DNA of 64,000 nt from Octopus sinensis (lineage: Eukaryota), in the NCBI RefSeq assembly GCF_006345805.1, contig NC_043002.1:70308001-70372000 (forward strand), written 5' to 3'. The position numbers and the translations under genes were made by a program. The notes under the pieces were generated by a model. The model did no database searches. It was not told the origin of the DNA and saw only the letters and a program-made list of their open reading frames with translations. This document shows positions 1-11,994 of the stretch, in pieces (within the stretch, counting starts at the first letter, position 1; each line of letters begins with the position of its first letter).

Positions 1-465
1 GTAACCACTGAGCCATGCAATACTCTTATAATTAAATATTGATAACTGCATAAAATTTTGTGTATTGTAGAACAACCGATTTATTGTACATATATTTTAG
101 CAACAATCCCAAAAGTCGTATGGACACGATAGACGATAGAAAGACCAATATCTATTGATTCAAATCCATAGACTTTATATCTAACGAATATCGCAAAATA
201 GTTACAATTTGCAGGAACATAGGCCTGCATTAAGTAGATTCCCTTACATCTTATCTGTTATATCATATTAATGCACAAGCTCTGCTTTGATCTGAAACGT
301 ATTCGAACACATGGTCTACTTTGACCAATGAAAATCGACCTTCTTCAGGATATAATATCTGACTGAATAGAAGTATACCATACATAAGTGAAACCCAATG
401 TAACTGGAATGAATCAATAACTGAACATCAATACGTATATACATGTCTGCGTATGTGTGTGTGTT

Positions 466-522
<57 letters not shown>

Positions 523-1177
523 GTTTTTACATAGATATAAATACATGCGATTGTATCTATGTATCAAAGTATTTCACCTAAAACTAAACCCTTCCCCACT
601 CCTAAACCACATGTTATGGGAATACTTTATATGTAGGTTTAAAAGGGAGGTTATTGAAGACCGGTTATATGTAGGTGCTACAAGAATATAAGATATATCG
701 TTTTAATCGCTCCAAGCACAATACATTTGAGTTGAACGAGATTAATGTTAAGATTTTGAGATAAATCATTCGTCTGGTAGTTTCTTTATCCTGTCGAGTC
801 GGTTTTCATGTGCAGCTTTCGTCTATATTTAATCACAGCCTTACCTAAATACTTCCAATGAAATGAAATACAGTCGAAATAACCGACTCTCTTTACATCA
901 TCAAATGAATTCGTTCTTTATTCGGACGTCAGTGTCACGACAATAAAGGATTTAAAATTTCAGAAAAGTAAGGTTATTATCTGTTGAAAGACAGCTGCTA
1001 CTCTGTACTAGTCCACCACGAATATTTGACTGTATACAATCAATATATTTGTGAACCAGCAGATACAGGCATACGAGTATTATGCACGAAATCACAATGT
1101 CATACACATTAGAACTCTCATTTCTACATCCGTAAATGTGCCAAATAACACCCTATATATGCATATCTTTACAGGAA

Positions 1178-1503
1178 GGTGAAATCGCGTGGCTTAGTGG
1201 TTAAGGTATTCAGCTCCCGATAGTAAGGACGTGAGTTCGATTCCTGGCGGTGCATTGTGTTTTTGAGCAAGACATTTCATGTCACGTTGCTCAAATCCAC
1301 TCAGCTGGCAAAAAATGGGTGGCACCTGTACTTCAAAGGGCCGAGCTTGTCACATTCTGTGTCACGCTTAATCTCTCTGAGAACTACGTTAGGGAGCACG
1401 TGTGACTGTAGAGTGCTCAGCCACTTGCCTGTTAATTTCACGAGCTTGCTGTTCTGTTGATCGGATCAACTGGAACACTTGTCGTCGTAACCGACGGAGT
1501 GCC
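1178..1503 (+). mobile_element. tRNA-derived SINE (family A)
   Basis: Pol III A-box-like TGGCTTAGTGGTT and B-box-like GAGTTCGATTCC at the 5' end. These are followed by TTGAGCAAGACATTTCATGTCACGTTGCTC...CACTCAGCTG, a central domain shared with the copy at 3825. Confidence 0.8.
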
Positions 1504-1933
1504 TGTACAGAAACGAAAGATCTCTGAAACATGACTAACTCTTATATCATTATTACTCAAACATAAACAGAGACCACACAAATGAGACAGCCACATACCG
1601 ATATGAAATATATTAGATACGCAATGGCTGGTTCTCTGGTGTAATAATATGATACAGGTGTAAGCATCACACCAGTATCAAATTATTGAAACGGTATACT
1701 ATTGGATGTGAGGAATCATTTCAAGATAAATTATGAAGTAGTTATAAGTGCTGATATGGTTTTATCTTACAATTAGAAGTGCAATCAATTTCTTTCTACT
1801 GTTGTTTGAATTTATTATGATATAAACTTACAACGTTTTCAAACTTCCACAAATCTGAGTTTTCTTTGGTAGTGAATAGCAGCTAGGATAGTGGATTTGC
1901 AAAAGATGGTAGTCAGTCGATGCACATATATTA

Positions 1934-2496
1934 TTGGGTTGTCCGGAAAGTTCGTGCCGATTTATAGTAGCTTACCTTTCAACTTATTTTAGAACATGGT
2001 CGAGTCCATAAAACAGGATTTGACTACACCTCCATTTAGAGCACAGTTTAAGCTATCTTTTCGTGGAAGGTTATGTTCCTATCACCTGTGTTAATTCTGT
2101 AACCCTTTAAAATGGAAGATAAGAAAGTTCCTTTTCGGCACTTGATGCTTTGGGAACCAGACAAAAATTGCTGCAGCTCGGCTGGGATGTATTACCCCAC
2201 CCTCCATATTCACCAGATATTGCTCCTCCAGATTTCGACTTATTCAGGTCTCTACAGAATAGTTTTAATGGTAAAAATTTCAATTCCTTGGATGACGTAA
2301 AAAAGGTACCTTGATAAATTCTTTGCCATGAAACCACCTCAATTCTGGGAAGAGGGTATTTTCAAGTTAAAGGTAAGATAGAGACGCATTCTGCAACAAA
2401 GTGGTTCATATTTGGTTGATTAAGAATTCAATGGCAATTATTTATTGACCTTTTTCTTTCCTTTAAAAATCGACACGAACTTTCCGGACAACCCAA
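1934..2496 (+). mobile_element. Internally deleted mariner (non-autonomous), complete TIRs and TA target duplication
   Basis: TIR TTGGGTTGTCCGGAAAGTTCGTGCCGATTT at 1934 and its reverse complement ending at 2496, with TA on both flanks. The transposase N-terminus (MEDKKVPFRHLM) is fused directly to the C-terminus (LPHPPYSPDIAP...). Confidence 0.92.
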
Positions 2497-3749
2497 TACA
2501 ATATCTAATTTGATACGTCACAGTTCTGAGTTCAGATACAGAAGAAGCTTTTTCATACTCATTCATCTGTAATGGACAATCAAAACCGCAATATCAGGCT
2601 TGAGTCGATAAAATCAATGCGACTCTTCTTTCTACGTAAAACGTCACATTCGTTTGGAGGACTTGACTTTACGGGAAATAATCTAAAATTACAGCGAGAC
2701 ATGAAAAAGCACCGTGAAAATGAATGAAAAAAATCTTGATGTATTCCACTAAAGATGCTTGATAAGGTTTCTGAGAACGTACTGGCAGACCACATAGCCA
2801 TTGACGTTTTGAAAAAAGAGCTAACAGAAGACCATTAATAGGGTATAGGTAGGAAATGGAGGTCTTAAGTGTTACTATAATCGTTTCTCGGTATCTGATT
2901 TTGTCATACGTTTTCCACCGACTGTTCCTACTCTATTCATGGGGGACTAACTAAAGTCTATCTGTGGTTTTTAATTTGTCTTACTTCACTCCTGGACCTC
3001 GCATTAAACACTTCTCTTAATCCTTCCACAGAACCTGCGGCCTGTTTTAATATAAATTGCTTATAATTTTTATTCCATGCTGTCTCTCTGATAATTATTG
3101 TTAACGTGATTTTTATCCTTATTTTATGAATATAATTTGTAAATAAAATATTATTATAATATTTTTACTCCTCATCAAAAACCCACATTTTCTGCGGTCC
3201 TACTTTTACATAAATACATGTGGTCAGCGTGAGGAGATTTAAATCTGACTTTTTCGAATGTATACTTGCAAGTGTTTGTGTATAGACATGCAAAGTCGCT
3301 TTGTTATGGGTATTTACTAATACTTGTTCGTATATTTTTACATGTATTGCGCTGAGATGGGGAAAAATCATCTATTTGAGAATTTAATCTTGAAATTAGC
3401 TAATTCACAATTAATGTGGAGTCTTTTTAAAGTAATAATAAATCTCTGAACGAGATGTAAACAGTAACCGCTCGACAACGTAAAGTATACTAGCCATCTC
3501 AAAATAGCTAAACCACTAAGGGTGGGTGTTACTAAAGCTTTTAGCCCCAGGAGATCATCGTCTCCAGCTGGCTTTAGACACACTGTCTGTGCCTTTATGA
3601 TATTCGCAAAGTACTTTTTAAAGTATTTTCTCACTAGCCTGCTTTCAATCGCACGTATTGATGGAATTTTTCTCTGTAGCTTCGTAATGTTTAGATATTC
3701 ATTCAGTATGGAAAAAAGTCATGTTTGGTTTTTTGTCCCTTAAAATAAT

Positions 3750-3753
<4 letters not shown>

Positions 3754-3824
<71 letters not shown>
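3754..3824. repeat. (TA)n microsatellite
   Basis: Pure TA run; a second TA run at 4143-4191 flanks the SINE on the other side. Confidence 0.95.
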
Positions 3825-3826
<2 letters not shown>

Positions 3827-4137
3827 CATGGCTCAGTGGTTAGAGCATCAGTGAGGTTGTGAGCTTGAATCCTGGACCGGGCTGCGTGTTCTTGAGCAAG
3901 GCACTTTATTTCACGTTGCTCCAGTTCACTCAGCTGTAGAAATGAGTTGCGACGTCACTGGTGCCAAGCTGTATCGACCTTTGTCTTTCCCTTGGATAAC
4001 ACTGGTGGCGTGGAGAGAGGAGGCTGGTATGCATGGGCGACTGCTGGTCTTCCATAAACAACATTGTCCGGACTTGTGTCTTGGAGGGTAACTTTCTAGG
4101 TGCAATCCCATGGTCATTCATGACCGAAGGGGGTCTT

Positions 4138-4142
<5 letters not shown>
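3825..4142 (+). mobile_element. tRNA-derived SINE (related to family A head and core), inserted in (TA)n
   Basis: A box TGGCTCAGTGGTT and degenerate B box GCTTGAATCC; core TTGAGCAAGGCACTTTATTTCACGTTGCTCCAGTTCACTCAGCTG is similar to 1262-1308. Confidence 0.8.
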
Positions 4143-4195
<53 letters not shown>

Positions 4196-4227
4196 ATAAA
4201 TATATGATATAGGGCAATCAGTTAGTT

Positions 4228-4291
4228 GTCATAATAATACTCAGAGTTTCAGATGCCAGGGCTAAAAGACACCCTCATCAGTTATTAAGAC
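4228..4291 (-). ncRNA. Type I hammerhead ribozyme (minimal, PLE-associated type)
   Basis: The minus strand reads GUCUUAAUAA-CUGAUGA-GGGUGUC-UUUUAGCCCU-GGCAUCU-GAAAC-UCUGA-GUA^-UUAUUAUGAC. The core is intact, stem I has 9 of 10 pairs, stem II has 7 pairs including G:U, and stem III is near-palindromic (ACUC-U-GAGU). Confidence 0.75.
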
Positions 4292-4311
4292 AAAAACGGT
4301 ATGAAACAAAC

Positions 4312-4375
4312 CGTTGAATCACTGATGAGGGTGTCTTTTAGCCCAGGCATCTGAAACTCTGAGTATTATTATGAC
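4312..4375 (+). ncRNA. Second hammerhead ribozyme copy, core intact, stem I weakened
   Basis: CTGATGA at 4322-4328, GAAA at 4353-4356 and GTA at 4363-4365. It is the inverted copy of 4228-4291, but its 5' stem I strand pairs only partly. Confidence 0.6.
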
Positions 4376-4399
4376 AACTAACTGATAGTTCTATATTAC

Positions 4400-4609
4400 A
4401 TAATTACTGTTATTATTACTACTCAGTTATTTTCATCATCTCGCCAGCCAGTCGAAAACGAAACTTTTGAATGATATTTAAAAATGACTGACTCCTGATC
4501 AGCTAGGTTCATGACTAAAACAACTAATGACCGATACCAGACCCTCGTTCTTAGAAGAGTAAAGCGTATTTACGGTCACTCATTTCTAGTCTTCTGTAAT
4601 CAAAAATCT
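4400..4609 (+). repeat. 210-bp direct repeat, copy 1 (copy 2 at 8306-8515)
   Basis: ATAATTACTG...CAAAAATCT reads identically at both loci by eye. Confidence 0.9.
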
Positions 4610-4691
4610 ATTTACATAATATCGAGGTCTCATTCATTCATTCATTTGCTGCCATATTATTGTTATTAATACACACACACATACACACACA

Positions 4692-4740
<49 letters not shown>

Positions 4741-5066
4741 GTATTTAATATTAATTTAATATGATATATTAAACACGTTATAATATAGGTGGCTAAAACG
4801 ATGAAAAAATATATGCGAAACAAGTTAAAAACAATGGTCGTCACATATATTTCCTTTAATACAACAAATTTGACTTACAGCTGTTTCCATTTGTCATTAT
4901 AGGTACATTTCTGAAATTTTTACTCAATTGATCAATTGAGGTAAATTGAAATAAGGCTACTGTATGGGGAAAGTGGGGGAAGATTGGGATGTTTAAAAAG
5001 AATAGGCGAAAGCAGATTACAAGGAGGTGGGAGCAATTGACTGAATGGTGCATAGTAGAAGTAGCA

Positions 5067-5076
5067 GTAGTAGTAT

Positions 5077-5121
<45 letters not shown>

Positions 5122-5135
5122 CAGCAGCAGTAGTA
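5067..5135. repeat. (AGT)n/(AGC)n microsatellite
   Basis: Direct read. Confidence 0.9.
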
Positions 5136-5404
5136 GTATTAGTATTTGTAGGAGTAAGGGTATTGTATTGCCAAATTTAGAAGAGGGACAGTTACAAACA
5201 TAAGTCAGAGCCTATTACCATATTAACATATATGCATGTGTGTGTATGTGTGTGTGTGTGTGAGCGTGCGTTTGTATATATATTTTCCAGATGACATATG
5301 CACACTCACCGCTCACGTATATATACGACGGGATCCGAAACAGTTTCCTTTAGCCAAAGTCAGTCACACGACATTAATCGACCCGAGACTATAGCAGAAG
5401 ACGG

Positions 5405-5665
5405 TTGCATGAAAGTATGCCGGACTTGTTTGGGCATGTCTACGCGAACTGGCAGCAGAATGGGTTTATTCCCAGATCCACTCAACGGGGAGTGGTGACG
5501 CTAGTCAGAAAGGATCCGGACAAGGGGGACGTCATTGATAATTTTGAAGATTTTGGCCAAAGTGTTATCAAAAAGATTGGCGCCTGTCGCAGATGGACTA
5601 ATCGGGGGGTACAGACATGTGCTGTACCCGGCAGATCCATCCAGAATAATGTACCGCGCGGTTAG
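5405..5665 (+). mobile_element. Tx1/L1-clade LINE ORF2 reverse transcriptase fragment
   Basis: Translation GVVTLVRKDPDKGDVIDNF...KILAKVLSKRLAPV..GLIGG.QTCAVPGRSIQNN matches the L1/Tx1 RT N-terminal motifs. It has a small deletion and frameshifts. Confidence 0.8.
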
Positions 5666-6081
5666 ACTGAAATCCGAAACTACGTGGCTGCAAAACGAAC
5701 TTCTCAACTACACACACAAAAAAAGAAACACAACAACAACAACTATAATAACAACAATTAAACAAAACTGCAGGGCACTCACTCAGGGTTGATCTGCAAA
5801 CTAAATAGCGACAGCAACAAACCAAAACGTCACACACAGCTGACAGGCGAAATCAACAAAAGAAATTAATAGGATGCAGAGATTTTAGTATAGACAATTA
5901 GCTTTTGTAGTTGTTTGATATAGTTTGTTCAATATAACATAGAAACCATAGTTTAAGACTGTTTACCCAGGGTTGTCGAATACTAACGAACGAATGAATA
6001 TAGCCCTGTTTAGAAATAATTTAAATTTTCCTGTCCATTAACCTCATCTTTCGAAGTTTTGTATTATATTATGAGTTAGAA

Positions 6082-6084
<3 letters not shown>

Positions 6085-6176
<92 letters not shown>

Positions 6177-6524
6177 GTCTGTCTGTCTATCTGCCTGTCT
6201 GTCTGTCTGTCTGTCTGTTTTCCTGTATGTATGTTTGTCTATCTGGTTTTTTCTCTGTCTACCTGCATGTTTATCTACCTATCTTTTACCTTCTCTATCT
6301 CTTTGTTTAACTCCGCTTTCTCACCCTATCTATCTATCTATCTATCTATCTTTTATTTTTTGTTCTTTTTTTTCCTTTTACGATCCCTTTTGATCGAAAA
6401 CCTACGCCACACCTTATTTTGTTTCTTTTGTTTTTGTTTTTTGTTTTTTTCATCCCCCAAAAGAAAAGCTCTACCTTGTAACTTGTCCCATCTTTGTGCA
6501 GCCCTGTGTGGCCAATAAAGAAAC

Positions 6525-6599
<75 letters not shown>

Positions 6600-6653
6600 C
6601 CTATCTATCAACTGTATTTCGTATCTCGGTTGATACTGTCTACACACATTCAA

Positions 6654-6685
<32 letters not shown>

Positions 6686-6789
6686 ACACACAGACACAGA
6701 CACAGACACACACACATATATATATATTAAAATGTATGTATGAATGTAAGTCTATACTTACATGTATTAATAGAGATGCGTATATATAT

Positions 6790-6857
<68 letters not shown>

Positions 6858-6965
6858 CGTGTGTGTGTATGTTTGTATGTGTGTGTATGAAGATCCGTGA
6901 GCGTGTGCATGCAAACACGCATACGCATACACAGACATACACACATAGATACATAGAAAGGCATA
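6085..6965. repeat. Compound microsatellite cluster (CTAT, CTGT, CA, TA)
   Basis: Direct read; interrupted by short unique spacers. Confidence 0.9.
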
Positions 6966-7149
6966 AAATAGAATATATAGTACACAGCGAAACTCCATAC
7001 ATGTATACACGGTCACAGACATTTCAATATTCGGAAGTGAATGAAGATTGATTAAGCTGAACGATCAAAGGGAAGTTGATATTAATGAGTGATTCGAGAG
7101 GAAAGCTGTGTGGAGAGAAGTCAACATGAAAACACCATCGCCAACTCTA

Positions 7150-7575
7150 GGATGAAGATGATGATGATGATGATGATGGTGACGACGATGACGATGATGA
7201 TGATCATCATCATCCTCATCTTCATGCTCCTCTTCATCATGATCGTAACTATTTCTTCCTCCTCCCTTCCTTACCTTTTCCTCTCCTCCTTCCCCTTCTC
7301 TTCCATATTTCCATTGTCATCGTTTTTATCGTTGACCCTGTCGTCGTCGTCGTCGTCATTGTCATTATTAGCGTTACCTTCGTCGATATGATGATGATGA
7401 ACATGACGACAACGATGATGATGACGATGATGTTGATGATCATGATGATAATGGGATGATGATTATCATCATCATAATTATCGTCCGCCTCCTCCACTTC
7501 CTCCTCCTCCTCCTTCACCTCCTCCTCATTATCATCATCATCAACATTATTATCGTCACCATCACGATCATCAAC
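7150..7575. repeat. Degenerate (GAT)n/(CAT)n/(CCT)n trinucleotide tract with strand switches
   Basis: Alternating GAT-rich and ATC-rich blocks. Confidence 0.85.
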
Positions 7576-8305
7576 AACTGCATTAAATAACTCTAGCAGA
7601 TCAAAAACAAGTTATCTCAAAACCACGTTTCGTATCATTGAGATTCCGTCTGGTGAAAATGGGGGTGGATCGGTGCGCGACTGGAGTGGGGTTTAGATAG
7701 ACTTCGGTGCTCAAAAACGTCACATGAAATATATTACAATATTTTGTTATAATCTCATCTGAATTTTTTGTTTAAACACACCGTGGTAGACTTGGACATA
7801 TATTCCTTACGGGTGCATGATGAAACAGAATGAATAGAAAGCATGCATACAATGAATTCAATAAGTCATATTCCTGCTGCAGTAATTTGTGGACTATACG
7901 GCAGCAAAGAAACCCTTGCTAAAAGTTTAGGAATATATTATATGAGAAAGTGACATTCCGAAGATTAAACCCAGTGATTTGGTTTCAATCCTCGTCATGA
8001 CGGATTCTTACGGCACCGACGCATTTTTGTTCAAACGGCGTTCATGTCACACGGTTTTATTGTCATTCTTTTGTTGTAAAGTCATACATCATGGCGTTTT
8101 GAATAGGTTAATGAAATGAGTGCAACGATATCTGTGACAATCGTAGGGAGAGAAGTTAGTGCAGTTGGATATAGATTATCAAGGTATTGAGCTATCTTCT
8201 CATTGGAAACTCTTTCCAATGCTTGCAAACAGAATAGACTCCACTAATAACACTCAGGGTTCATGTGGAGGCATTAACCAGGAAGATGAATTAAACCTTG
8301 TGGTT

Positions 8306-8515
8306 ATAATTACTGTTATTATTACTACTCAGTTATTTTCATCATCTCGCCAGCCAGTCGAAAACGAAACTTTTGAATGATATTTAAAAATGACTGACTC
8401 CTGATCAGCTAGGTTCATGACTAAAACAACTAATGACCGATACCAGACCCTCGTTCTTAGAAGAGTAAAGCGTATTTACGGTCACTCATTTCTAGTCTTC
8501 TGTAATCAAAAATCT
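8306..8515 (+). repeat. 210-bp direct repeat, copy 2
   Basis: Matches 4400-4609. Confidence 0.9.
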
Positions 8516-8715
8516 CACCAGTTTGATAACCAGAACTACTATAAACCTATCACCTAAGAGCTTGTATTGACTACTAATAAGTTTTCACACAGAATTTAAA
8601 ATAAAAAACGAAATAAAACAAAACAAAAAAAGACAAAAAGCAAAATACATCCGGCAAGATTGTCTGCGATTTTTTGTTCAATACGATTGGATTCTGTCAG
8701 TCCGATGTTTTTTCT

Positions 8716-9101
8716 AATCTAGGCACAAGGCCCGAAATTCTGGGGAAGGGGGCCAGTCGATTATATAGACCCAGTACGCAACTGGTACTTGATTTATCGA
8801 CCCCGAAAGGATGAAAGGCAAAGTTGACCTCGGCGGAATTTGAACTCAGAACGTAGCGGCAGACGAAATACCTATTTCTTTACTACAAACAAGGGGCTAA
8901 ACACAGAGGAGACAAACAAGGACAGACAGACGGATTAAGTCGATTACATCGACCCCCGTGCGTAACTGGTACTTATTTAATCGACCCTGAAAGGATAAAA
9001 GGCAAAGTCGACCTCGGCGGAATTTGAACACAGAACGTAACGGCAGACGAAATACGGTTACGCATTTCGCCCGGCGTGCTAACGTTTCTGCCAGCTGGCC
9101 G
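8716..9101 (-). mobile_element. Tandem pair of tRNA-derived SINE copies (family B)
   Basis: The core TCGACCCCGAAAGGATGAAAGGCAAAGTCGACCTCGGCGGAATTTGAACTCAGAACG occurs twice. The minus strand gives B box GAGTTCAAATTCC and a 5' head GCTGGCAGAAACGTTAGCACG. Confidence 0.85.
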
Positions 9102-9424
9102 TCCCTTCTGTCAGTCGGATGTTAATTAATTAATTACCAGAAAAGGCGTGGGATTAAAATTGATGGTATCTCAGGCAGAAGAAAATCAGGACTGTGATTG
9201 TTCAAATGTTGCCAAATTTAACAACTTATTTTCACCTTCCAAAGAGAATGAAATAACTACTAGATAATTACTGGGGTGGATTTAATCGATCTTAGCCTAT
9301 TCTCTACTCCTAAAAAGGAATCCTTGTACATATTTTATAAATACAAATCATTGTAATTATTGTTATTGTGATGAGAAGGAAATGAAGTTAATGCTAAAAT
9401 GCCGTACCGGTGTGCTTAGTAAAT

Positions 9425-9570
9425 AATCCTTTCTATTATAGGCACAAGGCCTGACATTTGCTGGGGTGGGGTTGATTACATCGACCTCAGTGTTTTACTG
9501 GTACTTAATTTATCGACCTCGAAAGGATGAAAGGCAAAGTCGACCTCGGCAGAATTTGAACCCAGAACCA
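9425..9570 (-). mobile_element. SINE family B, partial
   Basis: Same core as 8716-9101. Confidence 0.8.
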
Positions 9571-10496
9571 CATTTGAACCACATCCTTATTAAATAATGT
9601 AATGTTTCTTGTCCCACTTTTCAATGATCAAATTTTACCGGGTTTGCCTTTATCTTCCATCTCTCCATTAGAAAGAAAAGTCAAAGGTCCCTCTCGAGAC
9701 ATTGGCACATAAGGCCGGTTTCCCGGATTCTGTGCCGTTTAGTCACTGGCTGAGCCTCAACCTCATTTTCTTTCTTTTAGGGAAAGCTGAAGCAAGAAAG
9801 GACTTTACAACGACGAAAGCAACAGTAAATGTTCAACGCTAAGATGAAAGAGGACGAAAAAAATAAGATAGGATGTTAAGCCGACCTTCTCTATATCTGT
9901 TATAGCGTAGTTCGTTTTAAATAAACCTATTCGAAATACCAGCCATCAGAAAATTTCTGTAAAACATGAAAAGCTCATATTAACGCGGCACACATTTTGA
10001 TTAGAAAGTATTTTGCTATAAGCTTTCATCTCATTGAGCTACATGAATATGAAAACAAATAGCTCAAGAATATTGTATTTCTTATATTGGCAGAAGACCT
10101 GAAATCCTGAAGACAAACATAGTCGGCTGAATCAACTTCAGAACTTGACTGGCGCTTATTCATCGACTCCAAAAAAAGCAGATGGTAAAGTTATCTTCGA
10201 CGAGACTTGAAATCAGAAAGTTAAAGCCGTAGCCAAATTTGTGTATCTGTTTTTTTAAAAATTCGATTTGAAAAAATTCCAAACATGCTGAATGTAAAAT
10301 ATTAGTAATACTTGGTAACGAACTGAAAAATGTATGAAAATGACAAACGGAAACATGACAATACAAGAATAATCAACATTCCCACCACCAACACCAAGAG
10401 AACGAACAAACGAATAAAAAAATATATAAAAGAAAAAAGCAAAACATACAGGAACATAAAGATAAATTCGACTTCACTGAATTAAAATATATTCAA

Positions 10497-10719
10497 ATGT
10501 CACACACGTACACACGCGCACACACACATACACACACATACACACGCGCGCACGCACACGCACCCACACACGTTCACACACCCAAACACGTACACACACA
10601 CATGCGCGCTACATATCTACACGAACAGACACAGACACAAACACGCACGCACACATACATACATACATACATACATACATACATACATACATACATACAT
10701 ACATACATACATACGTACA

Positions 10720-10805
<86 letters not shown>

Positions 10806-10872
10806 GTATATATGTACATCTGTATATACATATCTACACACGCAAACACACACACACACAAACTCACACACA

Positions 10873-10905
<33 letters not shown>
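10497..10905. repeat. Compound CA/TACA/TA microsatellite
   Basis: Direct read. Confidence 0.9.
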
Positions 10906-10906
<1 letters not shown>

Positions 10907-11635
10907 GTGATTCGCAACGTTTTTGAATTCGTCACGTATTGAAGATCAAATAAAAGATTACTGACGTACTTTGTGTGGAATTTTATTTGAAAAAAATCTA
11001 CGTTATGAGGTTAAACATTTAAAAATGTATAGTAAACTATAGTTTATGTTGGTTTATTAATCACACTTGTGTACAACAAAATTATAGAGAACATGCAGAA
11101 ATATTAGCATGGATTTTCTAAAGACTGAAATCAGAATTAAAAGAGTTGGGGGAGCACCCATGATATCGCTGGAGACGCCCCGCGTTAGAATTGCAGTGCA
11201 AATTTATATCTACAGCAAAGGGTTACTTAAAACTCTTAATATTAGGTTAAAAAGTATATTACTTTTAATAGAATGTTCCCGTAATGCGGAAACATTATGT
11301 TAAAAGTAATTGTTCTTTAAAAGTTTATTGATATTATAGTGAATAGACAAAGCAAACACATATAATTAGACCAAAAATATTTAGGAAATATATAGAAAAT
11401 CGATTTTACACCTCATCTCCCAAGATAAACTCTAAGACGTGAGTTTTCATGGATGAATGAGGAGCTGTAGAATTTACCAATAACGAACACACAGAAACGC
11501 TTAATATTCTGTACTTCTGCATGGTAAACGGGTTCTGTTCGCAACTACAGGATTTGTGCTTCTTCCCTCTGTTCTACATTTTGAATAAATGTTTTAAGAA
11601 CGAAATTTCGCAGAGTGATGAAAATTGTCGAACAC

Positions 11636-11680
<45 letters not shown>

Positions 11681-11773
11681 ACACACACACACACACCACA
11701 CACACATGCATAGGGTGGGCCAAAAATCAGCCGCCAAAACATTTGACATTTTAGTTGTTACGTTGATAAGACG

Positions 11774-11990
11774 ATGAGCTGGCAGTATCGTTAGCACGCT
11801 GGACGAAATGTTTGGCGGTTTCGCTTTCGCCCGCCGCTACGTTCTGAGTTCAAATTCTGCCGAGGTCGACTTTGCCTTTCATCCTCTCGGGGTCGATAAA
11901 TTGAGTACTGGGATCGATGTAAGCGACTCACCACTTCCCCCCAAATTTCAGACCCTGTACCTATTGTAGAAACGATTATTATTATTATTG
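11774..11990 (+). mobile_element. SINE family B, near full length with (TTA)n tail
   Basis: Head GAGCTGGCAGTATCGTTAGCACG, B box GAGTTCAAATTC, core GGTCGACTTTGCCTTTCATCC and a (TTA)n tail. Confidence 0.85.
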
Positions 11991-11994
11991 ACTT

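Noticed and set aside
290-352. Minus-strand CTGAAGA-AGGTC...GACC as a hammerhead
   Set aside because: GAAA does not follow the helix and no stem I forms.
1178-1255. tRNA gene (also the heads at 3825, 11774 and 34170)
   Set aside because: A and B boxes are present, but there is no complete cloverleaf and each runs into a SINE body.
2520-2840. Protein-like frame with internal stops (…MLDKVSENVLADHIAIDVLKKEL…)
   Set aside because: It may be a transposase relic, but I could not identify a diagnostic motif.
3368-3743. Overlapping ORFs on both strands
   Set aside because: There is only a faint resemblance (KPAGDDD...) to a LINE pre-RT region, too weak to call either a gene or an element.
10150-10185. 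WRLFIDSKKS transposase-like motif
   Set aside because: It is only about 10 residues, with no supporting context on either side.
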